From Candidatus Omnitrophota bacterium (GTDB lineage: Bacteria > Omnitrophota > Gorgyraeia > Duberdicusellales > 4484-171), in NCBI GenBank assembly GCA_020352775.1, contig CP070684.1, positions 660,469-724,468 on the forward strand: 64,000 nt of DNA. The letters run 5' to 3'. Below, piece after piece: positions 52,631 to 61,495 of this stretch. Positions within the stretch are counted from its first letter, which is position 1. Each line of letters begins with the position of its first letter. The notes beneath the pieces were generated by a model, which saw only the letters and a list, made by a program, of their open reading frames with translations, was not told where the DNA came from and did no database searches. A program made the translations under genes and the position numbers.

Positions 52631-52878
52631 AGGGCGAAAACGGTTAATTACAAAGGGCGCGGTTCCTTGAAAATCGTCACCACAGATGTTATAATAAAAT
52701 TGAACCCTACCTGTCGCGTGGCAGGTATGAGCGCTACAGCCAACAACATATGTAAGGGGGCTAAATTTCCCCTCGTTGAGGCGAGAAGGATGCAGCGCCC
52801 ACGTGTGTGAGCTACGGACTGTATGCGGCACACCTGCCCGGACTAATGGTGGGGTTTTTCTCTTGTAATTGCCGCCCT
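52631..52878. ncRNA. candidate structured RNA (or MITE-like element) of unknown class
   Basis: Noticeably GC-richer than its flanks. The ends pair: AGGGCG 52631-36 with CGCCCT 52873-78, and AATTACAA 52646-53 with TTGTAATT 52863-70. There are several internal hairpins and no credible ORF. Confidence 0.4.
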
Positions 52879-52901
52879 AATAAAACCCTTTAAAAATCAA
52901 A

Positions 52902-54158
52902 ATGAAAGACTCAGCAAGCGAAAACGTTCCTTTAGCAGTAAGGCTAAGGCCTCATGATTTGGAAGAATTTGTGGGACAAAGTCATGTGCTAGGAGAGGGA
53001 AAGCTCCTGCGCCGGGCCATCACTTCTAAGAGAGTGCCTTCGTTGATTCTGTGGGGTCCTCCGGGATGTGGGAAAACTACCCTGGGATTCATTGTAGCCA
53101 AAGAGCTGGGGGCGGATTTTGAGTATATAAACGCAGCATTTTCTTCAGTAGCTGAAATAAAGAAGATAATTGCCCGGGGCAGGGATCGATTTAGCAAAGA
53201 AGGAAAAAAAGAAGTTCTTTTTATTGATGAAATTCACCGGTTTAATAAGCTGCAGCAAGAGGCTTTAATTCCTGATACAGAACTTGCCAGTATTCATCTG
53301 GTCGGCGCCACAATTTATAACCCCTCCTATTATCTCATTCCTTCACTTATTTCCCGCTCCCTGGTTGCTAAATTTAAGCCCTTAACAAAAGAAGATATTC
53401 TTTTTATTTTAGATAGAACCGTAAAGGATAAAAATAATTGGGGTAGTGTTTTGGTGGAGGCAGATGAGGATGCTTTGGATTATATCGCCACTCTTTCAAG
53501 CGGTGATGCCAGAAAAGCATTAAACGCTTTAGAAATTGGAGTAATAAGCACCACAGCCAGGGATGATAATAAGATTGTGATAGATTTAGGGGTCGCCAGA
53601 GAAAGCATTCAGAAGAATGTTTTTTATGATAAAAAGGACTCTTATCATTACGATACGATTTCGGCATTCATTAAGTCAATTAGGGGCAGTGATGTTGATA
53701 GTGCCCTTTATTGGCTTGCAAAAATGCTTGCGGCAGGAGAAGACCCTCGCTTTATTGCTCGTCGCCTGGTGATTTTGGCCTCTGAAGACGTCGGCAATGC
53801 CAATCCTTTTGCATTAGTGCTTGCCACCAGTTGTTTTAAAGCAGTAGAATTTGTAGGAATGCCAGAAGCGCAGCTTAACCTGGCGCACACCACGATATAT
53901 TTAGCGGCTTCACCAAAGTCAAACGCCTCATATATGGCACTAAAAAGAGCCCAGGAAGACATTGAAGAGGAAGAAACCAACGAAGTCCCCCAACACATAA
54001 AAACACACTCCAAAGATTACAAATACCCCCATAGCTATGGGGGCTATGTAGAGCAGGATTATGGAGCTAAAAAGAGGTATTATTTTCCAAAGGATATAGG
54101 CGAGGAAAGAAGAATCAAGCAATTCTTAGAATACTTGTGTAAAAGCAAAAATCGCTAA
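52902..54158 (+). CDS. rarA: replication-associated recombination protein A (RarA/MgsA)
   Basis: LILWGPPGCGKTT, FIDEIHRFNK, then a MgsA_C region (DPRFIARRLVILASEDVGNA). Confidence 0.9.
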   Translation: MKDSASENVPLAVRLRPHDLEEFVGQSHVLGEGKLLRRAITSKRVPSLILWGPPGCGKTTLGFIVAKELGADFEYINAAFSSVAEIKKIIARGRDRFSKEGKKEVLFIDEIHRFNKLQQEALIPDTELASIHLVGATIYNPSYYLIPSLISRSLVAKFKPLTKEDILFILDRTVKDKNNWGSVLVEADEDALDYIATLSSGDARKALNALEIGVISTTARDDNKIVIDLGVARESIQKNVFYDKKDSYHYDTISAFIKSIRGSDVDSALYWLAKMLAAGEDPRFIARRLVILASEDVGNANPFALVLATSCFKAVEFVGMPEAQLNLAHTTIYLAASPKSNASYMALKRAQEDIEEEETNEVPQHIKTHSKDYKYPHSYGGYVEQDYGAKKRYYFPKDIGEERRIKQFLEYLCKSKNR

Positions 54159-54200
54159 TCCGGCCTTGTCTTTTGGTAATGTTATGGTAAATTATTTACG

Positions 54201-55175
54201 ATGATTAGGCAAATTTCTAGTCCAAGATTAAAAGAGCCTATTGTGATTGCGGCCTGGCCCGGGATGGGGGAGGTGGCTTATCGCTCTGCGCTTTTTTTAC
54301 GGGAAGTAATGGGGTTTAAGATGTTTGCTAAGCTGGAAGCAGCGGAATACTTTAAGCCCGCCGCGATTTCAGTAGAAAAAGGAGTTTTAGACATTCCTTC
54401 ACTTCCCGCGGGATTCTTTTATTATGCAAAAGGCAAAAACCATCCGGATATTATTCTTTTTTTAGGAGAAGCCCAGCCTCCATTAGAGCACGCCGAGGAG
54501 CTTTCAAGCGCGATTATAGGCTTTGTGGCCCGTTTTAAAGCCAAGTTTCTTTTTACTTTTGCTGCCAAGCCTGAACCTATCGACCATAAGGTGGATCCTG
54601 CAGTTTGGGTTGCGGCTACACACGAGGAGGTGGCTAAACGTCTTTCCAAGTTTAACTTGAAGGTTTTAAAAGAAGGCCAGATCAGTGGGCTTAACGGGAT
54701 CGTGGTTGGGGTGGCAAAACATAAAGGTCTAAAGGGAGCCTGCCTTTTAGGGGAAATCCCCTTTTATACTGTCCAGATTGAAAACCCCAGAGCCTGCGCC
54801 AACATCTTAAAAGTGGTGAATGATTATCTGAAGCTTAATTTAAACCTTTCACCCTTAGAGCAGCGCGCCAAATTCATCGAGGCTGAGATTGATAAGCTCA
54901 TTAGTTATTTAAAAGGAGAAGCTGTTAAAGAAGAGGGTCCCACTCCGTTAAGCGATGAAGATATTGATAAGATAAAAAAGGACCTTGCGGCCTATACTAA
55001 GCTACCGCAGTCAGCGCGGGAAAAAATAGAAAAGCTTTTTAAGGAAGCGCAGGAAGATATCAGCGCTGCCAGCAAACTAAAGGCGGAACTGGACCGCTGG
55101 AATATCTACAAAGAATACGAAGATAGATTCCTGGATTTATTCAGGAAAAAAAAGAAAAAAGAAGATACGCAGTAG
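54201..55175 (+). CDS. PAC2-family (proteasome-assembly-chaperone-like) protein with C-terminal coiled-coil tail
   Basis: PIVIAAWPGMGEVA and the following ~210 aa resemble PAC2/PF09754. The last ~100 aa are charged and helical. Confidence 0.5.
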   Translation: MIRQISSPRLKEPIVIAAWPGMGEVAYRSALFLREVMGFKMFAKLEAAEYFKPAAISVEKGVLDIPSLPAGFFYYAKGKNHPDIILFLGEAQPPLEHAEELSSAIIGFVARFKAKFLFTFAAKPEPIDHKVDPAVWVAATHEEVAKRLSKFNLKVLKEGQISGLNGIVVGVAKHKGLKGACLLGEIPFYTVQIENPRACANILKVVNDYLKLNLNLSPLEQRAKFIEAEIDKLISYLKGEAVKEEGPTPLSDEDIDKIKKDLAAYTKLPQSAREKIEKLFKEAQEDISAASKLKAELDRWNIYKEYEDRFLDLFRKKKKKEDTQ

Positions 55176-55177
55176 AA

Positions 55178-56356
55178 ATGCATCTTTTTCTTACAGGGCG
55201 GCCCTCCTGTGGGAAAACCACCCTTATTAAATCACTCCTAAATTACATTCCTAATTCCAAAGGATTTTTTACTGAGGAGATACGCCAGGGCAGCGAGCGC
55301 ACGGGGTTTAAGGTTAGCACCCTTGAAGGTAAAGAAGCAGTGTTTGCCCACAAAGATTTTAAATCCCCTTACAAAGTTTCAAAATACGGCGTAGATATAG
55401 AGGTTTTTGATTCTGTGGCAGTAGTCCAATTACAGGAAGCTTTGGAAAGTAAGTGTGAATTCGTCATCATCGATGAACTGGGTAAGATGGAGTTGTTTTC
55501 AGAGAGGTTTAAAGAAGTAGTGCCTAAGCTCTTAGATAAAAAGAAAGTTTTAGGGACAATTTCTGTAATAGAAGATCCTTTTTTAGAAAAAATCAGAAAA
55601 AGAAAAGACGCCTGTATTTTGGATATGAACAAAGAAGGCCTTGAAGAAGTAAAAGAAAAAGCTCACTTAGCGCTAAAGAGCTTAGCAGTCAAAGAGATAC
55701 GCAGGCTTGAAGAAAATGCCAGAAAGATGGGGCTTAGTGAACGCACTTTAATTGAAAATGCTTCTAGTAATCTTTTCAAAGCAGTTGATAATTTAAAATT
55801 AGGAAAAGAAATTTTAGTGGTTGCGGGCAGAGGAAATAACGGTGCCGATGTTTTAAGCTGTGCAAGGAAACTGCTAAGTTCTGGCTATAAAGTTAAAGTT
55901 GCAATTGCGAGTGAAAAAGAGCTAGGGCCAGAGGCGTTATTTCAGAAAGAAACTTTAGAAAAAAGTGGGATTCGCATCCATAATATATATCAGCAAGGTT
56001 TAGGGCAATTATCTTCTTTGGTTAACAACTGCAAGTGGATTCTTGAAGGAATTTTAGGAATTGGCATTAAAGGAGAAGTTTCTCCGTTTCTTTGTGAAGT
56101 AATTGATATTATAAACAAAAGCGCTAAGACGGCTGTGGCTTGTGATATTCCATCAGGACTTTATCCCGATGAAGGGAAACCCTTAGGTAAAGCGATAAAA
56201 GCAGATTACACCGTAACCTTTATTGCTCCCAAAGAGGGATTCTTCTTGGGTGAAGGACCAAATTATTGTGGTAAGATCTTTGTGGCTGATATCGGAGTAT
56301 CACGAGAGAGCCTAGAAAATTTTAATGATGATGTATCAAGAGAGATTTTACCGTAA
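55178..56356 (+). CDS. fusion protein: THEP1-type NTPase + YjeF_N (NAD(P)HX epimerase) domain
   Basis: N-terminal half has the P-loop LTGRPSCGKTTL and Walker B VIIDELGKME. C-terminal half has LIENASSNL...LVVAGRGNNGADVLSCARKL...DIPSGL. Confidence 0.7.
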   Translation: MHLFLTGRPSCGKTTLIKSLLNYIPNSKGFFTEEIRQGSERTGFKVSTLEGKEAVFAHKDFKSPYKVSKYGVDIEVFDSVAVVQLQEALESKCEFVIIDELGKMELFSERFKEVVPKLLDKKKVLGTISVIEDPFLEKIRKRKDACILDMNKEGLEEVKEKAHLALKSLAVKEIRRLEENARKMGLSERTLIENASSNLFKAVDNLKLGKEILVVAGRGNNGADVLSCARKLLSSGYKVKVAIASEKELGPEALFQKETLEKSGIRIHNIYQQGLGQLSSLVNNCKWILEGILGIGIKGEVSPFLCEVIDIINKSAKTAVACDIPSGLYPDEGKPLGKAIKADYTVTFIAPKEGFFLGEGPNYCGKIFVADIGVSRESLENFNDDVSREILP

Positions 56357-57044
56357 GCAGATATCTTCTAAATTTAACCTGGAGATTTCTTATCAGGAAA
56401 GTGACCTCTATATATCTAGCGACAAAGAAATTGACGAATCTGTTGTAGAGAAAATATTAAAAAAATACTACGAAGAGATCGCATGTTATATAAAGAATAA
56501 TCCCCGTTTTATGTCATCTCTTTCCCCTCTGCAAGATGATAGCAAAGCCCCCGCGATCATAAAAGATATGATTGAATGCTCACGCATTACCGGTATTGGT
56601 CCTTTCTCTTCGGTTGCTGGGGCCATTGCCCAGTATGTAGGAAATGAGCTTTGCGGTTATGCCAACGAAGTTATTGTAGAAAATGGAGGAGATATATTTT
56701 TCAAAATAGTGGAAGATAAGAAGGTCGGGTTATATTTAGGAAAAGATTTTAAGCAGCCCTCATTGCAGTTAAAAATTAAAGGAAATGAATCTTCTTTCGG
56801 TATCGCATCTTCTTCAGGCCAGTTCGGACATAGTTTAAGTTTTGGAAAAGCGGATTTAGTAACTGTCCTTGCCAAGAACGCAGTTATTGCAGATGGTTTT
56901 GCCACTGCATTTACTAATCGTATCCAGAAAGAAGAGGATATAGAAAGAGTTTTTGATGTTGCCAAAAAAAGTCCCTTTATCAATGGAGTATTAATCGCCC
57001 TGGAAGGAAAAATCTTTCTCTGGGGAGATCTTCAGCTCGAATAG
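56325..57044 (+). CDS. UPF0280-like (ApbE-superfamily) protein
   Basis: YQERFYRK...DLYISSDKE N-terminus and a length of about 235 aa recall UPF0280. Overlaps the upstream gene by 32 nt. The start could be any of three consecutive ATGs. Confidence 0.5.
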   Translation: MMMYQERFYRKQISSKFNLEISYQESDLYISSDKEIDESVVEKILKKYYEEIACYIKNNPRFMSSLSPLQDDSKAPAIIKDMIECSRITGIGPFSSVAGAIAQYVGNELCGYANEVIVENGGDIFFKIVEDKKVGLYLGKDFKQPSLQLKIKGNESSFGIASSSGQFGHSLSFGKADLVTVLAKNAVIADGFATAFTNRIQKEEDIERVFDVAKKSPFINGVLIALEGKIFLWGDLQLE

Positions 57045-57048
57045 CTCT

Positions 57049-57813
57049 CTAGAGCCGCACAACTTCAAAATCCTTTACAAAGACGCATCTTTTTCCTAAA
57101 GGCTTAAGCTCAGCGCGGATTCGTTTCTCTTCACCCTTTTTTAAGAGGAGAAAGTGAACTGGAATAAGCTTTGTGTCAGGCTTATCTTTAAGGTATTCAC
57201 TAAGCGTTTTTGAATCGGTGTGCATTAAATTTATTTTGGAACCAGGGGAAAAGGAGGAAGAGGGCCCAGTACAATCGTGAATGAGATAATTTAGCTTTCC
57301 TGCTTTTTCTATCATCGAGGCAGAAAAGGAGGTATCTGAGGTATAAAATAATGATTTCTTTCCAGAGCTAAACTTTACTCCGAAAGAGCCCTGCATATGC
57401 TTATTTTCTATGCTGCTTAGCCTCAGGCCGTCTTTAGAATAAAAAGGATTCTTTTTGAATACATCGATGTAGTGTATTTGAGGAAACTTATCCCTATCGA
57501 GATTAAATAATGCCCGCAAGCTTTCAACGATCTTTTTGCAGCGATTGTTGGTAAAGATATTTAAACGGTCATTGAGCCCAGCTTGGGTATGAATTAGAGA
57601 AATAATTCCATAGATGTGATCTGGGTGCTCATGAGTGATGACTACATTCTGTAATTTCTTAAAATCGACATTTGCCTTTAAGAGCTTGTGTACAATTGCC
57701 CCCGGACAATCAATTAGGAAAGTTTGACTTTTGTGGATAAAGACAAAGGCGGTATTATCTCTGTCTTTGGTAGGAATACTTGAAGCCGTTCCTAAAAAAA
57801 TAATCTTAGCCAT
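57049..57813 (-). CDS. MBL-fold metallo-hydrolase (RNase Z/BN-like)
   Basis: ITHEHPDH (HxHxDH) motif. N-terminal IIFLGTASSIPTKDRDNTA resembles RNase Z. Confidence 0.7.
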   Translation of the reverse strand: MAKIIFLGTASSIPTKDRDNTAFVFIHKSQTFLIDCPGAIVHKLLKANVDFKKLQNVVITHEHPDHIYGIISLIHTQAGLNDRLNIFTNNRCKKIVESLRALFNLDRDKFPQIHYIDVFKKNPFYSKDGLRLSSIENKHMQGSFGVKFSSGKKSLFYTSDTSFSASMIEKAGKLNYLIHDCTGPSSSFSPGSKINLMHTDSKTLSEYLKDKPDTKLIPVHFLLLKKGEEKRIRAELKPLGKRCVFVKDFEVVRL

Positions 57814-57829
57814 AGAAGAATAGTAGGAT

Positions 57830-57915
57830 TGGTGCGAGGGAGGGGATTTGAACCCCTACGGTTTCTCAACCGCTAGCCCCTCAAGCTAGTGCGTCTGCCG
57901 TTCCGCCACCCTCGC
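57830..57915 (-). tRNA. tRNA-Leu(GAG), CCA encoded
   Basis: Reverse complement is GCGAGGGTGGCGGAACGGCAGACGC..., with anticodon stem CTAGC/GCTAG and loop TTGAGGG, a long variable arm, and T-arm GGGGTTCAAATCCCC. Confidence 0.9.
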
Positions 57916-57962
57916 ATAAAGGAAGATATTTATATCACACATCGGTTATTTACGCAATATTT

Positions 57963-58892
57963 TTAGGCAGTTCTTCTGTCTAAAATGTATTTACTCTGAG
58001 GAAATTTTTTAGCCAGATTTTTTACCTCTGCGCCGCGGCCAGAGACTTGAGCAAGATGGTTGAATTTTTGCTCTTTATTGGTAATGATTCCAATGGAGAT
58101 GGTAGGAAAACCGAATTTGTGCACTAATCCATCTCTTCCATTTGTTTCAATGTAGCCTGTGGCCCTTTCTGCTTCATCGAAAAACTGCGGGGCGATGGCA
58201 TCAAACTTAGCAATAATTTCTTTGGCTAGGCCTTCGGCAGTCTCAACAGAGGTAAGTATCACAAAATCATCACCGCCAATGTGTCCCACAAGATCGGTGG
58301 GGGTTCCTTTGGTATGAACACATTCTATTAATAGGTGAGCAGTGTTTTTGATGAGGCGATCTCCACGCTCAAATCCGTAATAGTCGTTGAGAGCTTTAAA
58401 ATTATCCAGATCAATGTAAAGCACGGCAAACTGTTCGCTGGTTTTTATTTTTTCCTCAAGAAAGCGGTTTATGGTTGTGTTTCCTGGTAGGCGGGTAAGA
58501 GGGTTTGCGTCTAAATGGATATTAGCGCGGCGCAAAAGCATTTTGATGCGCGCAACCAGCTCCTGTGGAGCAAAAGGCTTTATCATATAGTCATCTATCC
58601 CGGCTTCAAGCCCTTTTACTTTATCGTCTACTTCAGTTTTTCCTGTAAGCATCAATATTGGGGTATGCAGAAAGTGGCGGTTCTTGCGCAGCGTTTTACA
58701 AATTTCTGTGCCGTCAATATCAGGGAGGCTGTAGTCTAAAATAAGAATATCTGGTTTTTCTTTTTTGGTTTTCTCCAGAGCCTGGGTGCCGTTTTCGGCT
58801 TCTAACACCGTATAGTCTTTTCCTAAAGTGAGCGTGATAAGGTCACGAATATCGGGGTCATCATCTACGACAAGAATTTTTAGTTTAAACAT
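57963..58892 (-). CDS. response regulator with GGDEF-type output domain (motif reads GGDDF)
   Basis: REC domain ILVVDDDPDIRD...DILILDYSLPDIDG...KPF. GGDEF domain DANPLTRLPGN...HIGGDDFVIL. Confidence 0.85.
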   Translation of the reverse strand: MFKLKILVVDDDPDIRDLITLTLGKDYTVLEAENGTQALEKTKKEKPDILILDYSLPDIDGTEICKTLRKNRHFLHTPILMLTGKTEVDDKVKGLEAGIDDYMIKPFAPQELVARIKMLLRRANIHLDANPLTRLPGNTTINRFLEEKIKTSEQFAVLYIDLDNFKALNDYYGFERGDRLIKNTAHLLIECVHTKGTPTDLVGHIGGDDFVILTSVETAEGLAKEIIAKFDAIAPQFFDEAERATGYIETNGRDGLVHKFGFPTISIGIITNKEQKFNHLAQVSGRGAEVKNLAKKFPQSKYILDRRTA

Positions 58893-60333
58893 TTTTTGCT
58901 AATTTAAGAGTAAAATAAAAAGTTGTTCCTTTTTCTGGTTCAGACTCAAGCCAGATTCTTTCTTTATGAGTATCGATAATTCTTTTTACCAATGCAAGGC
59001 CCAGACCACTACCGGTTACCGTGCCGGCAGTTTTTGAACGGTAAAATTCCTGAAATATTTTTTCTGTTTCATCCTTGGCAATTCCTACTCCAGTATCAGA
59101 GATTGAGATGTTTGCGCTGCTATCTTCGACAGCACATTTTACTGTGATTTTTCCGCCTTCAGGAGTAAATTTAATAGCGTTATTGATTAAGTTGGTGAGG
59201 ACCCGTTCAATAAGGTTTTTATCCATTAAAACCGTCAGGCTTTTAGGGGTTTCCTGAAAAAACTGGAGTTTCTTTGCATGTATTTGAGGAGAAAGTAAAT
59301 CTGCCACTTCTTTAATTGCCTGTATGATATCTTGAGGCGCGATTTTTACCTCGGTCTTTCCGGACTCGATACGGGAGATATCTAATAATAAATTCACCAT
59401 ATCCACGAGTTTATTCACGTTGGTATCTATTTTATCTAAACTTTTTTTAGCTTGCTCAGGTAACCCGCCGAATTCTTCTCCTACCAGGAGTCTGGCAAAG
59501 CCTTTAATGGAAGTAAGAGGCGTTCTTAATTCGTGTGATACGCTGGAAATAAAATCAGTTTTCATTTTGCTTACCATTTCCACTTTCCTTAAACTCTTAA
59601 CCAGCTCATGGGTGCGTTCTTTTACTTTCTTTTCTAACTCTTCTTTTGCCAGATACAACTCTTCAAACAACTTAATATTATCAAGGCATTGCCCTAGGTA
59701 CATGCAAATAATTGAAAACACGCTTTTTTCTTCGCGTCTTATCTCAGCGTGGGGTAGAGGGTCAGAGACGATAAAGACTGCGTGAATATCTGCTTGGGCG
59801 CGCAAGGCTCCTAAAAAAATAGCGGAGGTTTTAAGGTTTAAGGCAAGGTCTTTACATATTTGTGAATCGCAGGAGATAAAAGGCGTAGCCAGAAATGCTT
59901 TTTTGTTGCGGGAGATAAAATCAATTACTAGCTGCGCTTCTTGATTCGTAAAATCAATATTAAGTTTTTTCTCTAAAGTAACAAAATCCAGAACGAGAGC
60001 TTTTTTAAAGCCGAGCGCGTTTATGATACGTTCATTTATTTGTGAAAAGAGCGCGTCTTTATCTAGAATCCGTATCGAAGAAAGAATGAGATTTCTAAGA
60101 AAGGCTAACTTTTGCAGTTTATCTTCAACCTCATCCTGGGAAAGCTTTAACTCCATATCACTTTTTATGATCAGCTTTGTTTGATTATCTAATTCTGTGA
60201 TAGTGCGGGAAAGTTTCCCTACTTTATTTTTAAGGACAGAAGCGTTTCTGGTTTTAACAATAAGAAGAAAGAGGAGTACTAATGCCAGTAAAAAAGTAAG
60301 GATCAGGGCTATAATAGATAAGTTTAAGTCCAT
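58885..60333 (-). CDS. sensor histidine kinase
   Basis: N-terminal TM helix. H-box SHELRTPLTSI. N, G1 and G2 boxes (NLINNAIKFTP, DTGVGI, GSGLGLA). Confidence 0.9.
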   Translation of the reverse strand: MDLNLSIIALILTFLLALVLLFLLIVKTRNASVLKNKVGKLSRTITELDNQTKLIIKSDMELKLSQDEVEDKLQKLAFLRNLILSSIRILDKDALFSQINERIINALGFKKALVLDFVTLEKKLNIDFTNQEAQLVIDFISRNKKAFLATPFISCDSQICKDLALNLKTSAIFLGALRAQADIHAVFIVSDPLPHAEIRREEKSVFSIICMYLGQCLDNIKLFEELYLAKEELEKKVKERTHELVKSLRKVEMVSKMKTDFISSVSHELRTPLTSIKGFARLLVGEEFGGLPEQAKKSLDKIDTNVNKLVDMVNLLLDISRIESGKTEVKIAPQDIIQAIKEVADLLSPQIHAKKLQFFQETPKSLTVLMDKNLIERVLTNLINNAIKFTPEGGKITVKCAVEDSSANISISDTGVGIAKDETEKIFQEFYRSKTAGTVTGSGLGLALVKRIIDTHKERIWLESEPEKGTTFYFTLKLAKNV

Positions 60334-61448
60334 AATGTCATTAATGAACTTGCCGCTTCAATTTCAATTTCTTTGTTTTTTTTGTCAGCTAAAAAAGAAT
60401 AATCTGCATAAATTCCCAGAAATAAAAATTGTTCACTCAGATATTTTCTTACCCAGCGCAGCTCTTCTTCGGCAGCAGCGGGTGTTAATATTTTCTTTCG
60501 TATAAGAGAGTTTATCATAAATGCGACTCCCTCACTACTTTTTCCCATTGCATTTAATTCTTTTTTAAGGGATTCAAGGAAAGAATCTGGGTGCAAGAGT
60601 AAAATTTGGGCGCTGTCTCCTTCTTTTACGGTTCCGGTACACACTAGCGAACCATCTTCAAGATAATCCCGGATACTTACTAAACGCGTTTTTCCATTTT
60701 CTTCTATGCCCAAAGGATAATAAAGAAAAAGCCGTTTATTTTTAAAAGTTTCAAACTTTTCTTGGAGGTAATGGCGATAGATATTTATTGCAGGCTCTGC
60801 ATTTATTTCTGCGATTATCTCACTTTTGCCCAATATTTTGGTGATGACAAAAGGCTTTCCTAAAGGCAGATACCCTTCTAAACGAAAGGCATTTATGTTT
60901 AAGCCTTTACTTATAATGTTTAAGGCTCCCTCAGAAGCGGCATTTGCTATCTGCAGATAGGTAGCAGTACCCTTTTTTATATATCCTGCCCCAATTATAT
61001 CTAATCCTTGGGCAGTAGCCGAATTTAATTCCTTTAGGCATTGAAGGCGCTGACCCTGTCCAGAGAAAAGACTTAAAAGATTTTTCTTCTTGCCCTTAAA
61101 TTCTTTAAGGGTATTGCCTAGCCAGGAATCAAGCTGACCAGGGCTTTCTTTTAAAACCGCCCCCTTTAAGCGTGCCTCCCTTTTGTTAATTGCCCAGGCA
61201 ATAATACCTTTTTCTATGAGTCGTCCTTCAAAAATTAAAAGAGGAGAGGTTATGCCAAAGAGGCCTTCAGGATTGAGGGTGAATTGCAGTGTTTTTGCGA
61301 TATTGTGCGCTTGGTAATGAGGAGTAAAGAATACAATTACGTATTTTACAGCGCGAGGAAACACAGACTTTATTTTCAAAGATATTTCCTTGGCTGCATC
61401 CTCACCGCTTTTTTCACTTAGTGCGATTGCAAATTTCTTTTCAATCAC
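60324..61448 (-). CDS. FIST-domain-like sensory protein
   Basis: 374 aa. YVIVFFTPHY...GITSP resembles FIST_N. Overlaps the start of the kinase gene. Assignment is tentative. Confidence 0.45.
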   Translation of the reverse strand: MIEKKFAIALSEKSGEDAAKEISLKIKSVFPRAVKYVIVFFTPHYQAHNIAKTLQFTLNPEGLFGITSPLLIFEGRLIEKGIIAWAINKREARLKGAVLKESPGQLDSWLGNTLKEFKGKKKNLLSLFSGQGQRLQCLKELNSATAQGLDIIGAGYIKKGTATYLQIANAASEGALNIISKGLNINAFRLEGYLPLGKPFVITKILGKSEIIAEINAEPAINIYRHYLQEKFETFKNKRLFLYYPLGIEENGKTRLVSIRDYLEDGSLVCTGTVKEGDSAQILLLHPDSFLESLKKELNAMGKSSEGVAFMINSLIRKKILTPAAAEEELRWVRKYLSEQFLFLGIYADYSFLADKKNKEIEIEAASSLMTLWT

Positions 61449-61495
61449 TGTTAGGTATAAAGATATTGGCCAGAATATGTATTGCTTACTCGAAG

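Noticed and set aside
52622-52833. Two minus-strand ORFs (69 aa and 61 aa) in the pheT-rarA spacer.
   Set aside because: They overlap each other in different frames and have no SD and no recognisable motifs. The region is better explained by extensive RNA-type base pairing.
52631-52878. Tried to identify the structured element as SRP RNA, RNase P RNA, tmRNA, 6S RNA or a cobalamin, TPP or FMN riboswitch.
   Set aside because: There are partial word matches only: GAAGGAUGCAGC versus SRP GGAAGGAAGCAGC, AGUCCGGGC (on the minus strand) versus RNase P P4, and ACCUGCC versus the B12 box. The required partner strands and tetraloop geometry are absent, the length is wrong for RNase P and tmRNA, and the downstream gene (rarA) fits no riboswitch class. 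It needs cmscan.
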